From Tubiluchus corallicola (taxonomy: Eukaryota; Animalia; Priapulida), in contig JAQGDQ010000101.1 in assembly GCA_030141605.1 (NCBI GenBank), positions 321,797 through 385,796 of the forward strand: a stretch of 64,000 nt of DNA, read 5' to 3'. The notes under the pieces are model-generated. The model made no database searches. It saw nothing but the letters and a program-made list of their open reading frames with translations, and was not told the DNA's origin. Positions 49,601-60,229 of this stretch are shown here, one piece after another. Made by a program: the position numbers and the translations under genes. The first letter of the stretch is position 1. Each line of letters starts with the position of its first letter.

Positions 49601-51909
49601 ACGTATTTCGTTTATTTTGTGTTTAGTTGTTACGATGACATATAAAAGACTTCGGTTGTTGCTGCAGTCACTGCAGACACTTAAGAACTTACCACATCTC
49701 AACAAGGTGTTAGTTATCTGGAATGACCCACAACCACCAGTCGCTTCCACTGAGTGGCCAAATATAGGAGTACCAATAGTGGTAAGGTTACTAACTTACT
49801 ATTTTCGTTTGCATTTTTGCTGCTTTGTTTGCTTGTTTAAGGAAAAAAACAGAAGTGAAAGAAGTAAAACAGAAGTGAATTGTGTGTTGGATTTGGAACA
49901 TTTTCTGGATTTACCGAAAATGTCTCGATAAGTCTTGTGTTCTATTTTAACAGGTAATCAAAGCAGGTAATAACAGTATGAACAACAGATACAAACCTTA
50001 CAAATTCATTGAAACGGAAGCTATATTTTCTATCGACGACGACATTCGTATCAGTCATGAAGATATTGTGTTTGCTTTCAGGTAAGAAGTTCGTACTTAT
50101 CTGGTTTCACATTTAATATGCATTCATTCTTCCAAAGAATGGCCTTAGTAGTCAAGTCCATACCAAAATACATGCTAAAAATTACTTAGTAGTCATTCAA
50201 GTACATGCTACAAATGACTTAGTTGTCATTCAAGTACATGCTTCCACGTTAAAAATGTACAATAATTATAAAAACTATATAACGGTTATTTAAAATGTCA
50301 CTTATAACGAAATTATGGAGTTTTTATATTCCAAATATGGCCAAACTTTTTTTGTTTTGCTTGCGCAATTTATATTTGGCGACGGACGCTACTCCCTTTT
50401 TCAGAGGTTAAATAATATTGTTTAAATGCAATTTAAAAGAGGCATATTAATCCAAATTTACAACATCCTAGAAATGAGAATGTAAGTGAAAAATTAAAGT
50501 GAAATATCTTCATATTTCGATGCATGATGTTAACTCTGCCTGTTCTGCTTACACATCCAGGGTCTGGTTTCTATTCTGTATTCTCTGAAGTTTTGATTGC
50601 CTGATTATCCTGCATACCATTTGGCTTTGCAGCTTCCTTTAGCTTTTTGATGTTCTCAGATGCAATGTCAACTACTTCCTTCTCCTCTTCGACGAATTTT
50701 CTTAGATGAGCAAGATTTGTTACATACTCCTTGCCGTCTGCAGTTTTCACCCATATTGCTTCCCATATGATCTATCACAGTTAGTGGCATTTTGCTGCAT
50801 CTTGTTGTTAGCTTATTCTTCTTTAATTGCTCCCTCAAAACTTTATCTCCAAGACTAAGTGACCTTGATTTAGCATTTCGACAGCCATATGCATAATCTT
50901 TGCCTTTCTGCTTAAATTAGCTCTGGAAATTTTGAGCAGATTTCGCGTCTGAGCATATGATTTGTCGATTCCGTGTGGAGTTGTACAATAAGCTAATAGA
51001 AGTGAAGTTCCAATCTCTTCGCTCAGCATAGACAATCTTTATAGCGTTTCAGCTTTATTATGTGGTTTTGCCGTTCAATTTCTTCACTGGCCTGTGGCCG
51101 TAGTGGTTGGCCAGTAATATGTCTAATTCTACACGTATCATGTTTAAATTCTTCAGGGAGAAATTGTTTACCATTATCTGTACGCCATTGTGCCATATGG
51201 GCTTGCCAAATCTAGCAAATATCCCCTGACAGGAACCAATTCCATCGTCTGAATCGTGTCTCATTCAGGATCTGAATCTCAAGCAATATGCTGTAATAAT
51301 CTACTATAGAGAAGACATAACTACCATCAGGCATGAGACCTAGTAGATCTGCTACACAATCTTGCCAAAGTAATATCGGTTTTAATCTCCTCGTCGGTTT
51401 AGGTGGTGGTAGTTGGACAACCGGTTGACAAGCTAAACATTCATTGGAGATTCTTTCTGCATCAGCATGATGTCACCATACCTTCGTTCAGAGTCTCTTC
51501 TTCACTTTGACAATTCGTTGGTTAGGCGGAGCACCTGGCTGTCTGGGATTACAATCCGGCATCCTCTTAGTACTATTTTTCAACAGTACATAGTTCATTT
51601 CTCACACATTTATACAATGCAGGACAATTGTCCCAGTTCTCAGTCAGTATACATTTATGATCACTTGAGTTTGTCATCCTGCTCAGAAGCACATTCAATC
51701 TTCCACAGTTTCAGTGCTTTTGGAGTTGCAGCAGTGGCTATCATTCGAAATTCTTGCTCGGCTTCATTTACGTGCAATGAAGTTTGTCGAACAAGTAGTG
51801 ATAAAGCATCTGCAACCATTTCTTTACGTGGAACGTACTTAACTGTGAAATCGTATCGTTGCAACCTCAGCACCCACCACTCAGTACATGTACAAGGTTT
51901 CACTTTGGA

Positions 51910-51954
<45 letters not shown>

Positions 51955-54900
51955 TAGTCTATGATTTGTAATTATTTTAAATTTGATGCCATAGACATAC
52001 ATATGGAATCTTTCAGAAGACCACACTGTCCTTAACGCTTCTTTTTCTGTTTGCGAATGCGACGTTCCACACTTGACAATGTACACATTTTGCTCTGTTT
52101 TGATTTTGTATTTGCATAGCGCCTAAACAAACGGGTTACCTTCAACAACAAATTCTGTCTCTAAATTTTTCTCAAAATATGCTAATACAACTGCATTTTT
52201 CAGTTGAGTTTAGGAAATCGAAAGACTGATTTTCTTTATGACCCCAGTCAAATTCCCTCCTTTTTTGTCAGTTTTTGGAGTAATTCTCTGCTTGTTCTGA
52301 CAAGTTTCCTTCAGTAAAAGCCGTTGGCTTTGCTTTGGGTAAATAAATAAATGCCATGTAGGGCCTTGGCTAGTATATGATTAATGCATAAATTGTTGTA
52401 GGGTATGGCAAGAGCATCGATACAGAATTGTTGGTTTTGAAGGGCGGTCTCATAAGTGGAATGCTAAAAAGAAAATGTGGGAGTATTTATTGATGCCTTT
52501 CTGTGAGTTTTCCATGGCTTTAAGTGGTGTTGCTTTCTTCCATAAGGTAATTCACTTCAATTATATTTATTTATTTCAGATTAGCATTATACCACTATTT
52601 TGATAGTTGTACGTGATTGACTGTGTTTCTAGTAAAAGTACTGAAATGTCCTTGTTGTAAAAGAAATGTTTAATCCTTTCATGTTCTTAAATTAAGTTCA
52701 CGAAGTCCGCACAATAAATAAATCCAGAAACCACGGGAACACTATAATACCATATAATAACACTGTAACACGAAAAAGATTAGCTAACCAGTCCAGCATG
52801 AGCAATGCCGTCAGCTTTTTAATCCTGGGCTTGGCCTTTTATCATCAATGATTGCCAATCAAGTAACATGATCACTTGCTATCCGGAATACGAATTGGTA
52901 TTTAATGGGGTTGTTAAGTCCTGTGGTTATTAAGCGATTGGGTTGATAAGCGTCAAAGAAAGGACGTTGGACCAGTGCAGGACTCAAATTTGTCCATGCA
53001 AGAAACACCGTAGCAATCAACATGAATCGTGGCATTTTTGGAGAACGAAAGCAATGTGCTTTTTCTGGCTGGATACTCTTGTCAGTTTAAATTTATAGCT
53101 CTTGTTTTCTATAGGCTGCAACGTTTTAAACTACCACTGTAGTTCTTTTTCAGGTGAACATAAAAAGATAAAAAACTAAAAAACACAAGAAATTTCTGAA
53201 ACAACAGATGTAACTTTTTGCAGATTTTTGTTTATATTATCATAATATACACACGAAAAGGACACGTGCACGTAGAAAAAAACAGCAGCAAAACAAATAA
53301 AAACACAATGGAGAAACACACAGGTAAAAATTACTAATCACAGTTATAGAACAGAGTGGGATACAACAGAAACTAATAGATTTCAGTGTCTTATGATTAC
53401 AGAAGACGTTTCCAAAATGTCATATTAAATAAATGGTTTTGGATTGTGCTGTTAATTCCAGCTTTAATTGGGGACTCGGAATGGGCCTGCTTTTTCTTGT
53501 AGGAACACTAAATTAACAATACAAGAACCAGCACATCAAAAGCAAAAAACAAAGTTCGAAGATAAGCACGTCAAATACAAAAACGCACAAAGTCCAAGAG
53601 TCAATATGTCAAGAAAATTATAAAAATCAAATGTCAAAACACCAAGTACAAATCAAGTGTCAGAAAAAATGACCACAGTTTACTGACAACAAAAACGCAC
53701 AGGAACAAAGTCCATGCCTGTAGACTATAACAAAACTATTACAAAAGCATGTAGAAATTTAATGTAGGTAAAATATCGATGTCATTCTGTTCGTAGTTGT
53801 TTGACTTATGGTTCTTCTAGACAAAAGCCTCGACATCATTTGAATTTGTCTCATCTTCGTCATTATTTGAATTTGTCTCATCTTCGTCATTATTTGAATT
53901 TGTCTCATCTTCGTGGGCATATGGCTGACAAGTTAGGAAGCTGTTTTATTAACTTTAACATCCACTCCTCAGTTTGGAATTTTTTGTTTCTTGTTATTAT
54001 TATTAAAAGTGTTACAAACCCCAAATTAATTAAGCTTTGATAACAAACTTGATAAGCAAGAAAGAAGAAAAACTTGGAACACATACAAGATTTGAACTAG
54101 GGAAGTTTCTGCTGACAGGCCAGGCGTCTTAGGCCACTAGGCTTTTATATTTCTCTGGTCAATGCAGTACAAACTTCTTGGACTAAGCGCCTGGTATGTA
54201 AGCAAAAGGTTCCTGCTTCAAATCAAAATCCAAGTTCAAATTCTTCACAATTCTTGACTTTCAAGTCTTTTTAAATCTTGGGCCTCTTGAAATCCTGCCT
54301 GTTTCGTCTGATTTAGCTGTGGTGTTTAAAGTTGTTCCTGATGCTTTAAACCTGTTTGATTTAATCAATTTAAATATTGTTTTGTCAAAGCCCAAAATCA
54401 AACACACGGCCGCAAATATGAGCTGCTTCATCCAAACAAAATTAATGGCCAAATGTGTTTTATATATTCGCAGGAACGCCCTCTCGAATGGTACGGTCTG
54501 TGTCACTTTCAACTTTTACGTAACCTTTTAAGTAACTTGCTATATGAGTGCTGAATTTTACACATTATGTTTAACTCAAATCTTTGTAAATATTATCGTA
54601 TATAGCTACCTTGATATTAAAATTTAAAGTAACCGCGTAATTTTTATTGTACTGATAGCTATCCGTAAAAACCATGACGTCGATTTTAGATTGTTTTTTA
54701 ATCTGTTCTATTGGTTTTTAATACTTTATGTCCGCTGCCGTTGTAATTGCAATATGAATAAATAAGCAAGTTCGTGATCAAAACATAATTAATTCAAATT
54801 TCATTAATAATGATCTTAACATTAAAATTGTGATAATTAATTATTCACCAAATTTCAGGTTCAAAATTAGACAAACTAAACAAAGTAATCTAATTAGTTA

Positions 54901-56940
54901 GAATCATTTTAGTGTAGGATATATAACACTGAAAATGCTGAATTTTGGAGCGCTTTGAACTAAATATTACGCAATAATAATTAATTAAAGTTTGATATAA
55001 AACTCGAAAGATAAGAAATGTGAAGAATATGAAGTACAGCCTGGATTTGCACCAGGAATATTCAGTTTACAATGCAGATGCCTTAGACGAAAGAATTGTA
55101 CTTTGGACTACATTGAACAGTAGGAAATGCGGTGGTCTAGTGATCTAAGGCGCTTGCTAAATAGGGATAAAGTATCTGGTTCAAATCCTTTTACGTTGAC
55201 TAAGTGTTAACAGGCTAATGGGAAACGCGCCGGGAAAGTGAATTTTTCAGCTATCCGTTACTAATCGATCAAAGTAAGTTCAAATCACAGTGATATAAGT
55301 ATACATTCAAAATCACTTTAAGGCACATTATTGGGAGCATAGGCGATCTCTATAATTGCACCATTGATCGTTTGAATCATTGAACACCACGCGTGTCATG
55401 ACTTGTCAGTTTTTACACAATTCCCATTGTGTTTTGAATGCTTTTTGCAAGACTTTGCATTTCATTGTTTTTATTATTATTGTTATAGGTCTATTTGGAC
55501 ATTTACAGCAATGTAATGCCAGAAATAATCAGAAAAAAGGTGGATGAAACAATGAATTGTGACGACATTGCTTTCAATTTCTTGGTCTCTCACTACACAC
55601 AAACTCCACCAATCCAGGTAATTTGATCAAACCAAATGTTAAAAGATTTTTTGTGTAATTATACAATGTTTTAACGTTGGTGGCTTCTGCTGCAAAGACT
55701 GACTTATTAATTGATAAAAAAGTAAGGTGCTCTGTGTTAAAAGCGCTATATAGCAACATACCCAGAATTAACTGGCTAAATTAATATGTTCCTTGAATCT
55801 GAATTTCATTTGCCCAGCGTGTGAAAGCGAGAAGGAACGCATACATTATTAGCTGGACGCTTTAGTGTATCGCAGGCTCGAGTTTCAGAATCGCCAACTT
55901 AGTAATTTAGAGCAAAAAATACTCAATTAATTACCCATGGATTACCTCTAGCCTTTATAGGATTAATCAAAAATTAACCGTTACATGTAGTTTGTAGTTT
56001 GTAATTGCTCCAACGTGAGTAAACAAGTAAACAACTGACTAGTGAGCAATAATCACAAACACTTAGAGATACAACCAGCACTTATTTTGTTATTATCATA
56101 TTACACGCATTCGGATAACCGTGCATTATCACCAAGTAACAGAAATTCAAGAAAATAAAATAAAAATGGATGGAATTACAGTGAAGTGACAGTAACCAAA
56201 TCGTAGATTATCCCGTAAAGAAATACTCAAAATTATCTAGATCATTCAGCAATTATAATACGGAAAATAAAAAGACTTATGTTAATATTACATTATGGAA
56301 GGTTGCAGGGCATTAAAAAGCTAAAAATGTATTGTAATTTACACACACACACCAGCAATTAGTAAGAACACATTACATTATTCATGCAAACAAATTTGAC
56401 ATACAGGTACTTAGTTCTATACAAATAGCAAACTACGAGTTCGTCAACATTAGGAAATGCTCATGTAATCACTTATTTGGCAAGTTTCTGTTAAATTTTG
56501 TGAAGCGTCGAAGAAATATCCAACTACATAATTTCCCGTCTGAAGTCAGCTAAAATGTGCTTATTATATTTTGTGACTTTTGTGAAATTTTGTTTATGTC
56601 ACCAAGAAAACTATAGTGGTCAAGCCTTCAAAAAGACAAAACTTTCACCAATAGCAGCCTGTCCTTTTCACAGGTGGTTGCTAATTCCTGTTTTTAAGAA
56701 TAAAGTATTTAAATACTGTCACCCGTCTCAAAACATTATTTTTTACAGGTTAAAGCGAATGTTACATTTGTGAATCAGAGAAGTGGTCAACTTCATTCGC
56801 GTCACAATTACATAATGCTACGTCATGAATGCGTCAATTTCTTCGAGAAAATGTACGGCTACAATCCGCTGTTGTACACACACTTTACTGCACATTCAAC
56901 GACTCGGAAGCCATCAGTATGTAAAAATGGAAGGACATGA
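44970..56940 (+). CDS. EXTL3: Divergent exostosin-like 3 (EXTL3-like) GT47+GT64 glycosyltransferase; model join(44970-46614,49627-49781,49954-50081,52402-52546,55489-55617,56749-56940), 797 aa
   Basis: All introns are GT-AG with compatible phases; the total of 2394 nt is an open frame ending in TGA. Architecture is TM, coiled coil, [27 protein letters not shown]47, then GT64 ([54 protein letters not shown]...YGYNPLLYT). A short linker exon between exons 1 and 2 could have been missed. Confidence 0.9.
49627..49781 (+). CDS. EXTL3: EXTL3-like coding exon 2 (start of GT64)
   Basis: TTTAG|TT acceptor; [52 protein letters not shown]; donor GTAAGG. Confidence 0.88.
49954..50081 (+). CDS. EXTL3: EXTL3-like coding exon 3 (contains the DxD motif)
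   Basis: AACAG| acceptor; [43 protein letters not shown]; donor GTAAGA. Confidence 0.9.
50560..52320 (-). mobile_element. Degraded Ty3/Gypsy pol (RNase H, integrase) inside EXTL3-like intron 3
   Basis: [87 protein letters not shown] (TA)n expansion sits at ~51913-51952. Confidence 0.85.
52402..52546 (+). CDS. EXTL3: EXTL3-like coding exon 4
   Basis: TGTAG| acceptor; [48 protein letters not shown]; donor GTAATT. Confidence 0.9.
53831..53914. repeat. 27-bp tandem repeat, 3 copies
   Basis: CGTCATTATTTGAATTTGTCTCATCTT head-to-tail; the first copy is slightly diverged. Confidence 0.9.
54080..55190. repeat. Old foldback/MITE-like element with ~190-bp imperfect inverted arms containing tRNA-like A/B boxes
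   Basis: 54080-54275 resembles the reverse complement of 54995-55190 (e.g. TTCAAATTCTTCACAATTCTTGACTTTCAAGT vs TTCATATTCTTCACATTTCTTATCTTTCGAGT). The arms contain TAGTGRYCTAAGRCGC...GTTCAAATC. Confidence 0.5.
55489..55617 (+). CDS. EXTL3: EXTL3-like coding exon 5
   Basis: TATAG| acceptor; [43 protein letters not shown]; donor GTAATT. Confidence 0.92.
56749..56940 (+). CDS. EXTL3: EXTL3-like last coding exon
   Basis: TTTTTTACAG| acceptor; [63 protein letters not shown]. Confidence 0.9.
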   Translation, partial: VKANVTFVNQRSGQLHSRHNYIMLRHECVNFFEKMYGYNPLLYTHFTAHSTTRKPSVCKNGRT

Positions 56941-59185
56941 AAGCGACATTTCACCAAACAAATTTAGAAAACTTTTAGACATTTGCTCTTTGACTTTGTT
57001 TCCTTTTGCGCATATTTTGAGATGTCTGGCATCACTTGAGCAAAAATACACCTGTGTTGTAAATAATGAAAAGTTTTTTTTGTTTGTCAGATTTGATATT
57101 GGTCAGCTTGACAATTTCAAAGCTTCAGTGAATAGCAGCATCAATTACATTTCACTTAACCAATCAAGTTTTTTCGCCCTCAAATGGAACAATTATACAG
57201 TGCAAAAGAATATCAATCTTACAGGAACAGTTAATAATGCAATTACGCACTTGCAATTGCCTCTAGATGGCAGACAAGAAATTGCTCAGTCACCATAGCA
57301 ACGCCAGCTTTAAAAATGCCCATTCCGGCAGTGTGATGTTAGAAGCTACAGCAGGACAATGAATGTAGGGGCTGTGTGTCAGAAATACCATCACAACCTA
57401 TTGTTCCAGTTAAACTGTGAATTGCTGCTGCAATTTTTTTTAAAAATATTATTAGTGCACAATGACGTGTGCTATAATGCGAAACTGTTACTTAGGCTCC
57501 ATTCACATGCCCTGGTTTCAGCTAATGGAGTCCATAGAATATACCAACATTTATCGACTTATAATATGCTTCGTGATATTTTCATTATTCACAATAGTCT
57601 ACTGTGGGGTCTGTAAATTACATAATTTTCTCATGTTGCCATTTGCAGATCGCCAATCAGCTATATGACTGATTACAAAAAGTTATCAGTGCACAGCCAG
57701 GATAGGCTTTACACCTTAAAGCTACTTCATATTAAAACTAAAAAACGAATCCAAATACAGTTTTTCGATAGAAGCAAACATTCCAAAAACAGTTATATAT
57801 TAGCTACACACTCGAAAATTCTTTAAATAGAATGAAAAAGTGTAATAATTATGCCGTAGGCCCTGATCCCTTTTTAGCTTAGCCCACTAGTCCGTCAAGA
57901 CTGTTTGTCAAAAATGAAATTTGAAAAACGTATTTTGAACAAAACATCAATCGAAGATGGTAAAAAAATATTTGATTAGTTTCAGTTCACCATTTGTGAG
58001 TCCAGCAAAAAGCCCTAATGACGAACGTGTTTAGTAAACATGTTAACCGAAACCAACCACACCACATGTCTTTGAACCGATAACCAAAACAAAACCATTA
58101 ACTGAAAAACAGCCAAGTTTTAATAACAGTGTGATTATGAAACACGGCAACCAGTAATGGCAAACCCGTGCACTTAGTGATTTAGCGTGCAGCGGAACAG
58201 AACACAAGTTATTTCTTACAATTGTTGTTTGTTGAAAATACAGTTCTATACTCAGAAGACATTGTTAGAATCTCGTGATTTCGAGCGATTGTTGCATGGC
58301 AACGCTGCATGGGCTAGTTAAGCACCCAAAATGTCGCACATTTTTCTAGCACGCAGCATAATGCGATAATTATGTTCAGAAATAGAAAGTAAAAAGGATA
58401 ATTTTACATAATACCATGAAGATTCAATACCGTGAAGAAATAATGTATTTTTAAATAATTGTGGAGTCCTTTAATATATGAATGTACGAAAAAGCTACAA
58501 TTTTATGACCTAGCAGGTAGCAGTGTAAAATCGCGTGCATGTCGGGGAAGGTAATGGTGTCGTCTTCAACAGATTTTAAAGGAAAATGTTGAAATTTAAC
58601 TATTTTCTATGTTTAGCCGAGATGGTACATTTTTAGCAAACAACTATTTATCAAACTTAACGCAGACGAGTTGGATGCAATTATAGCCTACTCGTCAGGA
58701 AAGCTTCACTCTTTTCGGTACCATTTGCTACATTCGCATCCACTACAGTGATTTTACTATTGACAAAGTGTCTATTTTCTTAATCAATGCTATTACTTGT
58801 CTCGCAAAGCAGTGGTAGGGAAGAAACTACAGCCGAACACTTATAACGCACACCGGAGTTCACGCAATCATTCAAGTCTGATTCAGTTCCTGCCCACATC
58901 AGTTCCTTTCTAATTAGTTTCTACCGTGATACTATTATGGATCATTAGCGGTAGTTTGTTGTACACTGCTTAATCAAAGTAAACTAGTTTATGTCACCTT
59001 TTAAGGTTTTGCGGTCGAACTTGTGCACTCTTTATAATTAAAACTTGATTTATGATCCGTTGATTAATGATTCTAGTAGGAAACGAAGAGAACTGAGTTG
59101 TTTCTGAATAATTGGCGCACGTTTTCCCGTTTGTCATTTATCTTCAAAGTTATGTTTCACGTATTTTAATCCATAACGAAGCTGA

Positions 59186-60229
59186 ATGCTAAACCAGATA
59201 GTGTTCATTTTTAACGAAGCTATGTATTCTTTTTTGAGGAACACGGCAAAATTGAAGTTACCTGCCACGTTGTTGTTACTAACAGTTTTCTGCGTGATTT
59301 TGAAAAATCAATGGCAAAATGGCGCGAAATCTTTTATTGGCAGCAGATGTGCCTGTCATCGTCATGGAAGTTGGTATTTTAACTATTGTTTTTGCCATCC
59401 TGGATACACTGGAGCACAATGTTGTGAAAAACTTTCGATTACTGACAACAAGCTGAACCGGTGCCCTAATTTAAGGCAATCTTTAACGTATGACAAACAC
59501 ATGCCCAAAACTTCTTTGTCGGCGAGTTGTTTTATGAATCCACAAACGGGTATAATCCAAGTGCCAATGTTCCTGTGGAAAGCTGCCCAGCAGAAGGAAT
59601 TTGGTAGATGGACTATAGAAAGGCCTCAAGGTGACCGTGCAAATGAACATGTAGAAGGTTTTCATGGTTATAAGCTGCTACCAAAACACCTGGGTAACTT
59701 AGTAGAAATTGGCGCCGGTCCATTTACTCAAAGTTTTTACATTTTAAAAGATAATCAACAAGTAAATGTGAGTCACGTCACGCTTGTTGAACCAATGGCT
59801 GATTTGTACATGAAACACGTAAAAACATGTACATACAAAAATGGTAAAATTCTTAATTACCCAACAACAATTGTCTCTTCTCCAGCCGAAACGTTCTCTA
59901 AACCTGGTACATTCGATACGCTCATTAGTATCAATGTAATAGAACATGTACAGGATGCTCTATTGTTTCTTCACAACGCCTACGCATTATTGAAAGACAA
60001 TGGCACAATAATCTGGCATGAAAGATGGTACAAAGATCCAGAACAAGGCAACTGTGTGTTGGGAACGTTTAAACTTCACCCAATTAGAATATCATTACTC
60101 GTGGTGGAAAAGTTCTTAACTGCATTTGAACCCATTTTTGTTAATAGAGAACCAACTTCAGAAAGTTTAAAGCGAAAGTGCGATGAGACAGGAGTGTATT
60201 TCATAGGAAGAAAGAAGCCATTTAAATAG
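59186..60229 (+). CDS. Membrane-anchored or secreted EGF-like + class I SAM-dependent methyltransferase, single coding exon, 347 aa (alternative start 59222)
   Basis: Hydrophobic LPATLLLLTVFCVIL; EGF-like CACHRHGSWYFNYCFCHPGYTGAQC; motif I LVEIGAGP; motif II VTLVEP; FDTLISINVIEHV...AYALLKDNGTII. ORF intact. Confidence 0.87.
   Translation: MLNQIVFIFNEAMYSFLRNTAKLKLPATLLLLTVFCVILKNQWQNGAKSFIGSRCACHRHGSWYFNYCFCHPGYTGAQCCEKLSITDNKLNRCPNLRQSLTYDKHMPKTSLSASCFMNPQTGIIQVPMFLWKAAQQKEFGRWTIERPQGDRANEHVEGFHGYKLLPKHLGNLVEIGAGPFTQSFYILKDNQQVNVSHVTLVEPMADLYMKHVKTCTYKNGKILNYPTTIVSSPAETFSKPGTFDTLISINVIEHVQDALLFLHNAYALLKDNGTIIWHERWYKDPEQGNCVLGTFKLHPIRISLLVVEKFLTAFEPIFVNREPTSESLKRKCDETGVYFIGRKKPFK

Noticed and set aside
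54080-55190. Functional tRNA genes
   Set aside because: A/B-box-like motifs are present, but I could not build complete acceptor and anticodon stems. Treated as tRNA-derived repeat sequence.
56825-57668. ORFs of 157, 85 and 68 aa after the EXTL3-like last exon
   Set aside because: They are an alternative frame of the last exon and probable 3' UTR, with no recognisable domains.
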